Assembly: GCA_038248345.1 (NCBI GenBank)
Contig: JBBRXO010000005.1
Span: forward strand, 94 to 64,093
Direction of reading: 5' to 3'
Length of the DNA stretch: 64,000 bases
From: Armatimonadota bacterium
GTDB lineage: Bacteria; Armatimonadota; Hebobacteria; CAIYQO01
The notes under the pieces are model-generated. The model had not been told where the DNA came from, made no database searches, and was given only the letters and a program-made list of their open reading frames with translations. A program made the translations under genes and the position numbers. Shown in pieces: positions 31,913-41,030 of this stretch (its first letter is position 1; every line of letters begins with the position of its first letter).

Positions 31913-32392
31913 TCACTGATCCGCGAACGGATCTGTAGTAATATCAGGGGCATCAAAGCATGGTGCCTGCTCTTCAGGAAGAGCGGGCGGTGGTGGCGGT
32001 GGGGTCATGTCTTCATGACCATCCCCCATACTACGTGTCTCTCCCGATTCGCGTGTTTCACGCGGACGATCAAGGGCACGTATCTGATCTGCCACTACCT
32101 CGGTGCTGCGACGCCGTTGTCCATCATGCGTCTGCCACTGTCGTACTTGCAATCTCCCGTCTACCATGACCAGCCTGCCTTTAGCGATATAGCTGTTCAC
32201 GTATTCGGCATGTTGCCGCCAGGCAACAACATCAATAAAGTCGGTCTCACGTTCTCCCAGCGCATTAACGAATGGACGGTCAACCGCCACACGAAAATTT
32301 GCCACTGCCACCCCGCCAGGGGTGTATTTCAGTTCAGGATCAGTGCATAAACGCCCAACAAGAAATACTTTATTGACCATTTCATTCCTCAA
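31913..32392 (-). CDS. ssb: Single-stranded DNA-binding protein
   Basis: OB-fold N-terminus (VNKVFLVGRLCTDPELKYTPGG). Acidic C-terminal tail ending in DITTDPFADQ; the consensus SSB tip DDDIPF is not present. Lies between rpsF and rpsR. Confidence 0.9.
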   Translation of the reverse strand: MRNEMVNKVFLVGRLCTDPELKYTPGGVAVANFRVAVDRPFVNALGERETDFIDVVAWRQHAEYVNSYIAKGRLVMVDGRLQVRQWQTHDGQRRRSTEVVADQIRALDRPRETRESGETRSMGDGHEDMTPPPPPPALPEEQAPCFDAPDITTDPFADQ

Positions 32393-32415
32393 GCAATTGC
32401 AAGGGATTCAGTAGA

Positions 32416-32706
32416 CTAATCTCGACGCAAAATCATGTGTCGCAGCAGGACTTCGGTCAGTTTCATCTGACGAGCCAGCTCGGCTTCGATAGTAGGGGTA
32501 GCCATGAACTCTACTACTACGTAGTAGCCTTCACGTTGTCCCTTGATGTCGTAAGCCATCTGCCGACGCTCCCAACGATCGGTTTTCAGAACTTCGCCTC
32601 CTAAAGAAACGATAAGTTCGTTGTACCGGTCAACAAGCGCGGTCAATTCCTCAGCCGACAGTGTCGGGTTCAGGATGTACATTACTTCGTACTTCCGCAT
32701 TGTCAA
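32416..32706 (-). CDS. rpsF: 30S ribosomal protein S6
   Basis: MRKYEVMYILNPTLSAEEL...; first gene of rpsF-ssb-rpsR. Confidence 0.9.
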   Translation of the reverse strand: MTMRKYEVMYILNPTLSAEELTALVDRYNELIVSLGGEVLKTDRWERRQMAYDIKGQREGYYVVVEFMATPTIEAELARQMKLTEVLLRHMILRRD

Positions 32707-32876
32707 TCACCTCCTTCCCTCGGACGTTATAAAATGGCCCTCTCCATTGCGGAGGGGCAGGAAGGGGAGTACAGATAAATCTGTACCCACCCCCGGCATT
32801 TGCCGGGGCGCATATATCCAGCTATGCCGAATAATTCACGCGAAGTAATTATAGCAGAATCATGGTTTAGTAGCAA
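32707..32876 (-). promoter_or_regulatory. rpsF promoter (TTGCTA, 17 nt, TATAAT on the minus strand; + strand -10 at 32848-32853, -35 at 32871-32876) and a structured leader of about 135 nt
   Basis: Near-consensus sigma70 elements. The leader contains CCCCGGCAAAUGCCGGGGG and GUACAGAUUUAUCUGUAC hairpins and a C/U-rich stretch before the RBS GGAGG. May correspond to the S6:S18-binding rpsF leader. Confidence 0.5.
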
Positions 32877-32910
32877 ATTATTGCACAGGAGTATCGTTTA
32901 TAGTGAAAAG

Positions 32911-33070
32911 CCGTCCTCTCTCGCCTGGCCGTGAACGACCAGGCGAGAGAGGGCCTTCGGCCAATCGCGCTTCGCGCGAGACGGTCAAGGTCAAGCGTTC
33001 CCGTCCGAAGGACGATCGGCGTAGCCCACTAGCCCAGTCGTTCACGGCTGGGCGAACAGGACGAGCGCTA
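32911..33070. ncRNA. Candidate structured RNA element (about 160 nt, GC-rich, multiple tetraloop hairpins), strand uncertain
   Basis: 14-bp perfect stem CCUCUCUCGCCUGG/CCAGGCGAGAGAGG at 32915-32952 with loop CCGUGAACGA. Second hairpin GCCCAG-UCGUUCACGG-CUGGGC at 33032-33054 whose loop is exactly complementary to the first loop. Two UUCG and one GAAG tetraloop-type hairpins (+ strand reading). 5'/3' closing complementarity GUCCU...AGGAC. Confidence 0.35.
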
Positions 33071-33087
33071 AAAACTGTACTTCCGAA

Positions 33088-34173
33088 TTATAGCGCTCCA
33101 TAACGTCGCAAGGCATCTTCCGCTTCGGTTTTGTTTGCCATGTCGCAGCGGGAAATCAGGATGATCCCTTCGGCAGTTCCGAGTTGCTCTGCCACGGCAT
33201 CAAGCGTGCTGATGTCTCCAAATAGCTGGATGAGCTTCCCAGCATCGCGGATTTTACGGTACACCTGCGGCCAGTGAGCCCAGTCCGGCTGCCCGTCACC
33301 TGGTATCCATTGTATACCTTTTAGCGATTCAATTTTTAGCAGTGAATCTAAGTGGGGTAGCTGGCCGATGCCGTCGAGATGATAGAAGGGATTGACCAAT
33401 CGGTCGCAAGTAGCTTTTAGTTCAGGCAACACGAATTCATCGAACATATCCGGGCCGATCATATAGGCGAAGTCGCATTGGAGCATGTAGTATGGATCTG
33501 CTGAATATATTGACGCCCAGGCAGAGTAGCCGGGATTCACCGGTTGTAGTACCTGATTGAATTCATCGAAATATTGCCACCAGAGGTGATGCGCTTCCCA
33601 GGTCAGGCGTTTCACTTCCTCCGGGTAGTCGATAAGATCGTAAAGAAGTTCCTCACTGGGGCGGAACGAAGCCAGGATATCCAGGTTACCTCCGAGGTCA
33701 GTCATACATATTTGAACGTTGCTATCCCATCGCTCAAGCCCTGCTCGTTTAATCGCTTTGAGCCGGTTTAGCCAGGTGTTATCGGCATCATAAGCAAAAT
33801 GAATATCAGCAATCTCCTGCTGTTTACCAGGATGGAACCAAACTGTTTCAGCGCCTACAGCTGTCTCTGCACCCAGAAATGCAGCAATGACCCCAGCGCC
33901 GAAATCCGGCCATATATTGGGGAAAGAATCACCCAGATACTCCGTGCAGCATAGTTCGTAATCCCAATAGTCGATCATGTCTGCTACAGAGACCGATAAA
34001 TCGTAAGCTGTAGCATCTCTGGAGACGCGTGGGAGAAGAGGCGCGTCACGTCCTGGCTCACGTCCGTCAGTGACACGCATCTGTATCAAAGGGCGCGACA
34101 ACTTGCCTGCCCACCAGTCAGTATAATCCGCTTTGGTCTTTGCCCAGCGGTCTTGTGAAAATGCTATTGGCAT
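33088..34173 (-). CDS. Hypothetical cytoplasmic protein, possibly URO-D/MtaA-like (beta/alpha)8 methyltransferase-decarboxylase superfamily
   Basis: 361 aa. Start placed at the ATG preceded by GGAGAAGG. No decisive motif recognised; the family assignment is weak. Confidence 0.35.
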   Translation of the reverse strand: MPIAFSQDRWAKTKADYTDWWAGKLSRPLIQMRVTDGREPGRDAPLLPRVSRDATAYDLSVSVADMIDYWDYELCCTEYLGDSFPNIWPDFGAGVIAAFLGAETAVGAETVWFHPGKQQEIADIHFAYDADNTWLNRLKAIKRAGLERWDSNVQICMTDLGGNLDILASFRPSEELLYDLIDYPEEVKRLTWEAHHLWWQYFDEFNQVLQPVNPGYSAWASIYSADPYYMLQCDFAYMIGPDMFDEFVLPELKATCDRLVNPFYHLDGIGQLPHLDSLLKIESLKGIQWIPGDGQPDWAHWPQVYRKIRDAGKLIQLFGDISTLDAVAEQLGTAEGIILISRCDMANKTEAEDALRRYGAL

Positions 34174-34382
34174 AGAACCTTCTCCAGAGTTAAAAATGAT
34201 TTTTGCTACTGTAGCATAGTGTTGGTAAATTGTCACTAGATAGGTAATTGCAAAACCATTTGGTTTGATGTTTCGCATCTAATCAGCCTCTAGGGCGTTG
34301 CCCCGGGTCTGGTGTCCAGGAGGCTTCGCAATCACCTCTAGATATATGCTATTCGATATTTCAAGCGCGGATTGCTGAAATG

Positions 34383-34391
34383 TGTTATAAT
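34383..34391 (+). promoter_or_regulatory. Extended -10 promoter element TGTTATAAT upstream of typA
   Basis: TGnTATAAT match about 55 nt upstream of the typA start. Confidence 0.4.
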
Positions 34392-34445
34392 AACGCGGTG
34401 GAGCAGATGCCAACGCGCACTGTTCCGCATTTTTGCGTGAGGATT

Positions 34446-36287
34446 ATGACAACTTCTATAATTGAGAAAAACTTTGACGCGGAGGGTAAGGCCTTGGATC
34501 TGCGTAACATTGCGATTATTGCCCACGTTGACCATGGCAAGACTACACTGGTAGATGTTATGCTACGCCAGGCAGGGGCTTTCCGTGTAAACCAGCTGGT
34601 GGCTGAGCGGGTAATGGACTCCAATCCATTAGAGCGTGAGCGTGGTATTACCATTTTATCGAAGAATACTTCGGTATACTGGGGTGAGACGAAGATTAAT
34701 ATCGTCGACACCCCCGGACACGCCGACTTCGGCGGCGAAGTTGAGCGCATATTGCGGATGGTTGATTGCGTCTTATTGTTAGTAGACGCAGTGGACGGCC
34801 CGATGCCGCAGACACGTTTTGTGTTAAAAAAGGCGCTGGAGCTACACTTACAACCCATCGTGGTGATCAACAAGATAGATCGTCCGGGGGCGCGTCCACA
34901 CCAGGTGCATGACGAAGTCTTCGACCTGTTCGTGGAATTGAGTGCAACCGACAAGCAGTTGGACTTCCCGACAATCTTCGCATCAGCGAAAGAAGGGACG
35001 GCCACAACTGATCCGGATATCCCGAATGCAGATCTCACCCCGCTCTTCGAGGCGATAATCAAGTACGTGCCCAAGCCGAACGTAATAATCGATGGCCCGT
35101 TCCAGATGCTTATCTCCACTTTAGAGTTCTCCTCTTATCTGGGACAGCAGGCTATCGGTCGTATCGAGCGTGGCACTATTCACGTCGGGGACCAGATTAT
35201 GCTCATCAGCCAGCATGGTAGCCCAACACGTTCAAAAGTATCGAAGGTCTTCACCTTTGAGAACTTAGATCAGGTGGAAGTGCAACAGGCGTCTGCAGGA
35301 GAAATTATTTCGTTGGCCGGAATGGAAAAGATTCAAATCGGCGCAACTATCTGCGATCCGAATTTCCCGGATGCGTTGCCGACCATTGACGTTGACGAGC
35401 CGACCATGAGTATCAACTTCATGGTAAACACCAGTCCGTTTGCCGGTAAGGAAGGGAAATTCCTCACCAGTAGACATATCCGTGAACGGTTGCAGCGTGA
35501 ACTGCAATCTAACGTAGCCCTGCGGGTGGAAGACACCGACGCGCCAGACATCTTTGTGGTATCTGGACGCGGCGAATTGCATTTGACAATTTTGATGGAG
35601 ACAATGCGCCGCGAAGGTTATGAGTTTATGGTTTCGCAGCCGCAAGTTATAACTAAAATGGTTGACGGCAAACTCTGTGAGCCGTACGAAGAGTTGATCA
35701 TTGACGTGCCGGAGGAATTCGTGGGCGCTGTGATTGAAAAGATGGGCCCTCGCCATGCGGAGATGAAAGGGATGCACATTCGTGATGACGGACAGACGCG
35801 GCTGGAGTATCAGATTCCGTCCCGCAGCCTCTTCGGCTATCGAACTGAGTTTCTAACTGATACCCGTGGTACGGGTGTGCTGAATCACATGTTCCTGAAG
35901 TATGGCCCGGCCATCGAAGGTGTTAATCGTCGCTCACGTGGTGTGATCATCTCGATGAATCAGGCATCTACCACCTCTTACGCTATTGAGAACATCCAAG
36001 AGCGCGCCGAACTGTTCCTCGAACCGGGAGTGGAAGTATACGAAGGTATGATCGTCGGGGAGAATTCCCGCGAAGTCGATCTGGTGGTAAACATCACTCG
36101 ACCGAAGAAATTGACTAACATGCGTGCTTCTTCTTCCGATGCGACGGTGTCATTGAACACTCCGCGCACGATGTCATTGGAGAACGCACTGGAATATATT
36201 GAGTCAGACGAGTTTGTAGAATTAACCCCGAAATCTATTCGTCTGCGCAAACAGTTCCTGCGGGCAAACGATCGAAAGAATGGCTAA
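34446..36287 (+). CDS. typA: Translational GTPase TypA/BipA
   Basis: [30 protein letters not shown]-motifs, then EF-G-like domains. Start taken at MTTSIIEK.... Confidence 0.9.
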   Translation: MTTSIIEKNFDAEGKALDLRNIAIIAHVDHGKTTLVDVMLRQAGAFRVNQLVAERVMDSNPLERERGITILSKNTSVYWGETKINIVDTPGHADFGGEVERILRMVDCVLLLVDAVDGPMPQTRFVLKKALELHLQPIVVINKIDRPGARPHQVHDEVFDLFVELSATDKQLDFPTIFASAKEGTATTDPDIPNADLTPLFEAIIKYVPKPNVIIDGPFQMLISTLEFSSYLGQQAIGRIERGTIHVGDQIMLISQHGSPTRSKVSKVFTFENLDQVEVQQASAGEIISLAGMEKIQIGATICDPNFPDALPTIDVDEPTMSINFMVNTSPFAGKEGKFLTSRHIRERLQRELQSNVALRVEDTDAPDIFVVSGRGELHLTILMETMRREGYEFMVSQPQVITKMVDGKLCEPYEELIIDVPEEFVGAVIEKMGPRHAEMKGMHIRDDGQTRLEYQIPSRSLFGYRTEFLTDTRGTGVLNHMFLKYGPAIEGVNRRSRGVIISMNQASTTSYAIENIQERAELFLEPGVEVYEGMIVGENSREVDLVVNITRPKKLTNMRASSSDATVSLNTPRTMSLENALEYIESDEFVELTPKSIRLRKQFLRANDRKNG

Positions 36288-37108
36288 TCGCCGGACAAGG
36301 CACGGGGGAGGCTCTCCAACAGCAGTTTGGTTAGCCTCCCCTGATCGTATCCTCGCGCACCGGCCAGGCAGATGCCAGTAACAATAGGTGAGCAGGGTAG
36401 GGGAAGCGAGACGGAGTGCTCGATATCATGCTGGCGCCAGCGCAAGTGGTACAGGTCATCATCACGCAGTTCAAAGCTCACTAATTCCCCACCCACAGCA
36501 TGAACCATTCCCTGCAGTGCGAATTCACTCGCCAAGTCCTGGTTTGCCAGTAATTTGTCTGCCATGGCGGCAGCTTCATCGTCCGCACCTTCTCCGCCAG
36601 GTACATCGAGCAATTCTCCGGGGGAGAATATGGAGGAGCTGGAAAACAAACCTGCTAGCGGTGACTCTCTATCATCAATTTTTAGACTGTCATACAGTAG
36701 ATTAACCCCGTCGAAACGCGCACGTGCACGATCAAGTGTCTCACCGTGGGCGAAATGAAGCAGCATCGGTGCGGTCATCCCCTGTAATTTTTCCGCGAAG
36801 GTCGCGGGGAAGGCCATATTATCCGGCAGTATAATTACCTGTGCCAGTGGCAGCAGGTTGAGATACCTGCTTCTTTCATCCTCGGTAGCGGGGCGTACTA
36901 TTTGGGCCGGGTCCGCATCAGTGTTAAAGATATAGTAGCCAGCCGTGTTGGGGGTATTGGCAATGTCGAATATCTGCGCTCCATGCTCCATCCACGCAGC
37001 AACCTGGATGACGCCGGGCCAATAGGGAGCAATGAATTCTGTCAGCGCATCATCTGCATGACGTAATTTCTGTAATACATCAGATAATTCAAAAAATTGT
37101 TCACTCAT
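36284..37108 (-). CDS. Hypothetical protein (274 aa), co-transcribed downstream of a CheY-like receiver
   Basis: Long ORF with consistent codon usage. No recognisable family. Acidic/Ser-rich central linker. Overlaps the typA stop convergently by 4 nt. Confidence 0.5.
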   Translation of the reverse strand: MSEQFFELSDVLQKLRHADDALTEFIAPYWPGVIQVAAWMEHGAQIFDIANTPNTAGYYIFNTDADPAQIVRPATEDERSRYLNLLPLAQVIILPDNMAFPATFAEKLQGMTAPMLLHFAHGETLDRARARFDGVNLLYDSLKIDDRESPLAGLFSSSSIFSPGELLDVPGGEGADDEAAAMADKLLANQDLASEFALQGMVHAVGGELVSFELRDDDLYHLRWRQHDIEHSVSLPLPCSPIVTGICLAGARGYDQGRLTKLLLESLPRALSGD

Positions 37109-37151
37109 GTAGATATTTTACCGTTCAAATTGTGATGGTGCAATAGCGCGT

Positions 37152-37553
37152 TTACTCAGTAGCATGGTCTTCTAAGTGGCGTGCAACAGCGGCCAGGAGC
37201 AGAGTGCGATCGAACGGCTTGGAAATATGTTCGCAAGCCCCGACTTCCAATGAGCGGCGCATGTCCATCTGGGAATCCAGCGATGAGAGCATCAGTACCG
37301 GTATACTCGGATGTTCCTGATGAATGAGTGAGCATACTTCGTAACCATCCATATGGGGGAGCATGATATCGAGTAAAACTAAATCGGGCAGTCGTTCTTT
37401 AATTAATTTCATAACTTCTCGGCCATCTTCAGCCAGCACTACATTATAGCCAGCTCGGGTGAGAATCAGCTCCAGCAGACGACCTACATCCTGGCTATCA
37501 TCAACAATGAGTAAATTGTAATTCATCCACAACTCCTTGTATCTTTTCTTCAT
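37152..37553 (-). CDS. Single-domain response regulator (CheY-like receiver)
   Basis: Canonical DD (LLIVDDSQD), phospho-Asp (LVLLDIMLP), S/T (VLMLSS) and K (ISKPF). Confidence 0.85.
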   Translation of the reverse strand: MKKRYKELWMNYNLLIVDDSQDVGRLLELILTRAGYNVVLAEDGREVMKLIKERLPDLVLLDIMLPHMDGYEVCSLIHQEHPSIPVLMLSSLDSQMDMRRSLEVGACEHISKPFDRTLLLAAVARHLEDHATE

Positions 37554-37675
37554 TATACTTCATATGTCCAGATATGTATTGGTGAACCTGAAGAAATGTA
37601 CAAATGTAGTGAAAATAAAAAACGATAACACCAAAATTGCAGGTAATTCCTTCCATAAGGTAGAATTTACGTATT

Positions 37676-38398
37676 ATGGCAAGAATTGATGGACGCAGAG
37701 AAAATGAGTTACGCCCGCTGATGCTTGATCGCGATGTGATCAAGAATGCAGAAGGCTCGTGTATGATCTGGTTAGGTGATACCCAGGTATTATGCACGGC
37801 GAGTGTGGAGGATCGTGTTCCTCCATTCCTGAAAGGTACCGGTACCGGGTGGGTTACTGCTGAATACAGCATGTTGCCGCGCGCTACCAACACCCGGCAA
37901 CAGCGGGAGATTATCAAGGGACATCCCAGTGGACGCACCATGGAGATTCAGCGATTGATTGGGCGCGCGCTTCGTTCAGTGGTAGAGTTACGTGATCTGG
38001 GTGAACGGACGATTACCTTGGACTGCGACGTAATTCAAGCTGATGGCGGCACGCGGACAGCTTCGATTACTGGCGCTTATGTGGCGCTTTTTGATGCGAT
38101 ACGCGGTATGGTAGCGAAGAATCAATTGCGCAAAATGCCCGTGTTTGATGCGATTGCCGCGGTTAGTGTGGGAATCGTCGATGGACGCGAGATGTTGGAT
38201 TTGCGTTACGTAGAAGATTCGCGTGCTGCTGTAGATATGAATGTAGTGATGACGGGTAACCAAAAGCTGGTTGAAGTACAGGGAACAGCGGAGGGGTTGC
38301 CTTTCACCCGCGCGCAGATGAATAATTTGCTTGATCTGGCTGATCACGGTATTGTGACGCTGCTAGCAGAGCAACGGAAGGTTCTGGGGCTTGAGTAG
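37676..38398 (+). CDS. rph: Ribonuclease PH
   Basis: [12 protein letters not shown]...[12 protein letters not shown]...; typical RNase PH, 240 aa. Confidence 0.9.
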   Translation: MARIDGRRENELRPLMLDRDVIKNAEGSCMIWLGDTQVLCTASVEDRVPPFLKGTGTGWVTAEYSMLPRATNTRQQREIIKGHPSGRTMEIQRLIGRALRSVVELRDLGERTITLDCDVIQADGGTRTASITGAYVALFDAIRGMVAKNQLRKMPVFDAIAAVSVGIVDGREMLDLRYVEDSRAAVDMNVVMTGNQKLVEVQGTAEGLPFTRAQMNNLLDLADHGIVTLLAEQRKVLGLE

Positions 38399-38785
38399 AT
38401 GTGGCCATGGCGTCGCAAGATACTATCGCGTAAAGAGATAGGCGTTGTGGGCGAGCGTCATGCAGGCCGCGCCTTACGTTCGAAGGGTATGACTATTGTA
38501 GAGGGTAATTATCGCACAAAACACGGTGAAATAGATTTAGTTGCGCGCGCAGGTGATGTGCTGGTAATAGTGGAAGTGCGGACGCGAACTGGCGGTAATA
38601 TTACCCCGTTGGACTCAGTGAATGAGCAGAAACGACAGCAGATAATTCGCATGGCTCGTTATTATATGCGGGCGAGACACCTGCATGATTGCCCAGTACG
38701 CTTCGATGTGGTCGAGGTAATAGCAACCATGCACGGGGATGTCGTAGAAGTAAACCATTACCCGGGCGCATTTGGAGTTGATTAA
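38399..38785 (+). CDS. yraN: UPF0102 family putative endonuclease YraN
   Basis: GERHAGRALRSKGMTIVEGNYRTKHGEIDLVARAGDVLVIVEVRTR; YraN/UPF0102 pattern. Confidence 0.75.
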   Translation: MWPWRRKILSRKEIGVVGERHAGRALRSKGMTIVEGNYRTKHGEIDLVARAGDVLVIVEVRTRTGGNITPLDSVNEQKRQQIIRMARYYMRARHLHDCPVRFDVVEVIATMHGDVVEVNHYPGAFGVD

Positions 38786-39448
38786 GTGGATAATCCGGCT
38801 ATAACAACGATAATATATGATTTCGATGGGACGTTAGCAACTTGCCCGTATGATTTTGCCTATATGCGCCGGGTGGTATTAGATACAGCGGAGGAATTTG
38901 GCATTCCGGAAGCGCACCTGAATGAGGCTGGTTTGCTGGAAACTATTGATGCTGGAACCGAATATTTATCCAGTAATGCAGTCAAGTCACTCCACTTTCA
39001 GTCTCTGGCGATGGGACGTCTGGCAGAGTTGGAGTTCGAGGTAGCGGCAGTAACGGAGTTGTTGCCCGGGGTGGTGCAGATGCAACAAAACCTGCGTAAA
39101 AAAGGTTATCGGACGGGAATTGTCACCCGCAATTCATATGCCGCTGTACGTAGAATTATCGGCAGTGCCACGCTGGCGTATGACGCCTTACTTTGTCGTG
39201 ATCATGTAGAAATGCCCAAACCCAACCCCGCGCATGTGCTGCAGATATTGAAATTGCTGGGGAGTACCCCGCAGGAGTCGTTAATGGTAGGTGACCACCC
39301 GATGGATATAGCCATGGGCAAGGCCGCTGGGATGCGCACTGTCGCTGTACTCACTGGCCAGTCAACAGAAGCTGAACTGGCGGGTATGGCACCGGATTAT
39401 CTGCTACCATCTGTAATTGAAATGACGAGGTTGCTGACAAACGATTAG
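38786..39448 (+). CDS. HAD-superfamily hydrolase (phosphoglycolate phosphatase-like)
   Basis: Motif I IIYDFDGTLA, motif III/IV region LMVGDHPMDIAMGKAAG. Confidence 0.75.
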   Translation: MDNPAITTIIYDFDGTLATCPYDFAYMRRVVLDTAEEFGIPEAHLNEAGLLETIDAGTEYLSSNAVKSLHFQSLAMGRLAELEFEVAAVTELLPGVVQMQQNLRKKGYRTGIVTRNSYAAVRRIIGSATLAYDALLCRDHVEMPKPNPAHVLQILKLLGSTPQESLMVGDHPMDIAMGKAAGMRTVAVLTGQSTEAELAGMAPDYLLPSVIEMTRLLTND

Positions 39449-39457
39449 ACCCTGCTG

Positions 39458-39655
39458 CTAGCTGTGGGAAGGGATTTCTATCGCCCAGGAACACTGATCG
39501 CATTTGACACTGCCATTCTCGTAGCGGAGGGAATGAATGTTGCGGCAGGCGGGGCAAACAACCACCTTTTCGTTGATGGCAGTACTGCTCTTTTCATATT
39601 GGTCACTGCTTAATCCGATAGGCCAATTTTCGGTATAACTTGCTAGTGGATTCAT
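39458..39655 (-). CDS. Small zinc-ribbon protein (65 aa)
   Basis: Two Cys pairs CPACRN...CDQCSW. Weak evidence of expression; could be spurious. Confidence 0.3.
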   Translation of the reverse strand: MNPLASYTENWPIGLSSDQYEKSSTAINEKVVVCPACRNIHSLRYENGSVKCDQCSWAIEIPSHS

Positions 39656-39716
39656 CGCTGACCTCCTGAGTAATCATAATTTATTGTGCGATTATAGCTG
39701 GTCTCTATGAAGAGTG

Positions 39717-39734
39717 TGTAAAGAATTCTTTACA
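39717..39734. promoter_or_regulatory. Perfect 18-bp palindrome TGTAAAGAATTCTTTACA in the AT-rich region upstream of rlmN
   Basis: Exact dyad symmetry centred on GAATTC, within a 290-bp AT-rich intergenic region. Confidence 0.3.
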
Positions 39735-39948
39735 ATTGTGTTTATTTTTCCACAAGCGTTATTTTCTGATCGTTAAGAGTGTCATTTCTGTTGTAAATAT
39801 AATGCAGTAGTAGGTGATTATGTAATAATTCCTCGGTGATGATTTAATGATAATTTAACTAGAATTTGTTGAAAAATTAGTTATATGCTAACGAAACACC
39901 TCACATAGTGTCCATAGAAGTTGTATTATTAGAACAGGAGCATGATAA

Positions 39949-41025
39949 TTGTTAAAAAATGATGCCAAAGATGTATTAGGTCTATCTCCGGAAGAGCTTA
40001 AGAAAGCTTTGCTTCCTTCGGGAATGCCTGTCTTCCGGGCAAAGCAAGTGTTTGACTGGTTACATAAGCGAAACGTCATAGATTTTACCGCGATGGATAA
40101 TCTGCCTGCGGATTTGCGAGTAAAACTATCCGAGATGTTTCCCTTAACGAAGCTGCAAGAGCAAAAGGTAGCGAGTTCTCCAGATGGAACTATGAAGTAC
40201 TTGTTCGAGCTGCCTGATGGTGAAACGATTGAGACGGTATATATACCTGGGAAGAGTCGTACAACCGTATGCGTATCCACCATGGTAGGTTGTCCCTTTG
40301 GTTGTGTTTTCTGTGCGACAGGGCAAAGTGGATTTCGGCGCAATTTAAGCGCTGCCGAAATTATCAGTCAGGTATATTACATCCAGGCAGCATTGGGGAA
40401 GGATAGGCGGATCTCAAATGTGGTCTTTATGGGTATGGGGGAGCCGCTGGCAAATTACGATGAGGTAATCCGCGCTGTTAGGCTGTTGATCCATCCAGAC
40501 GGCCTTAATCTGGCGCAACGGCATATCACGCTTTCAACAGTGGGAATTATTCCGGGCATCCGGCGGCTGGAGACGGAGGGTTTGCAGGTTAATCTGGCTA
40601 TATCGCTGCATTCTCCTTTTCAGGAACAGCGTGAGCAGATGTTGCCGATTGCCAAACAATATCCGTTGCGCGAGTTGATGGCAGCGGTACGAAAATATGT
40701 GGCCGAGACGGCGAGAAAAGTTACTTTTGAGTATACCGTGATCCACGGAAAAAATGACTCGGAAGCAGATGCCCAGGCATTAGCGAAGTTGATCAGGCGT
40801 CTGCGGTGCATGGTGAACGTTATTTCGATGAACCCGACACCAGAGATGCCGGCGAAAACTACTGCGCAGGAGACAGCGCACTTTGTATCAATGTTAGTAG
40901 ATTTAGGGGTAGAAGCAGTCTTGCGTCGTTCGCGGGGCGGTGAGATTGATGGTGCCTGTGGGCAATTACGCGTAATAAAACCCGCACCACCGACTGTTGA
41001 AGTGGGTGGTACAATTAATTCGTAG
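39949..41025 (+). CDS. rlmN: 23S rRNA m2A2503 / tRNA methyltransferase RlmN (radical SAM)
   Basis: CVSTMVGCPFGCVFCATG radical-SAM CxxxCxxC and overall RlmN/Cfr architecture. TTG start is predicted. Confidence 0.85.
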   Translation: MLKNDAKDVLGLSPEELKKALLPSGMPVFRAKQVFDWLHKRNVIDFTAMDNLPADLRVKLSEMFPLTKLQEQKVASSPDGTMKYLFELPDGETIETVYIPGKSRTTVCVSTMVGCPFGCVFCATGQSGFRRNLSAAEIISQVYYIQAALGKDRRISNVVFMGMGEPLANYDEVIRAVRLLIHPDGLNLAQRHITLSTVGIIPGIRRLETEGLQVNLAISLHSPFQEQREQMLPIAKQYPLRELMAAVRKYVAETARKVTFEYTVIHGKNDSEADAQALAKLIRRLRCMVNVISMNPTPEMPAKTTAQETAHFVSMLVDLGVEAVLRRSRGGEIDGACGQLRVIKPAPPTVEVGGTINS

Positions 41026-41030
41026 AGGTA

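Noticed and set aside
32903-33103. 66-aa Arg-rich + strand ORF
   Set aside because: It coincides with the highly structured GC-rich element, its composition is dictated by the hairpins and no RBS is present. More likely RNA or DNA structure than protein.
39656-39948. Possible replication origin (AT-rich with a DnaA-box-like 9-mer)
   Set aside because: Only one TTTTCCACA-like box and no dnaA/dnaN nearby; there is no box cluster.
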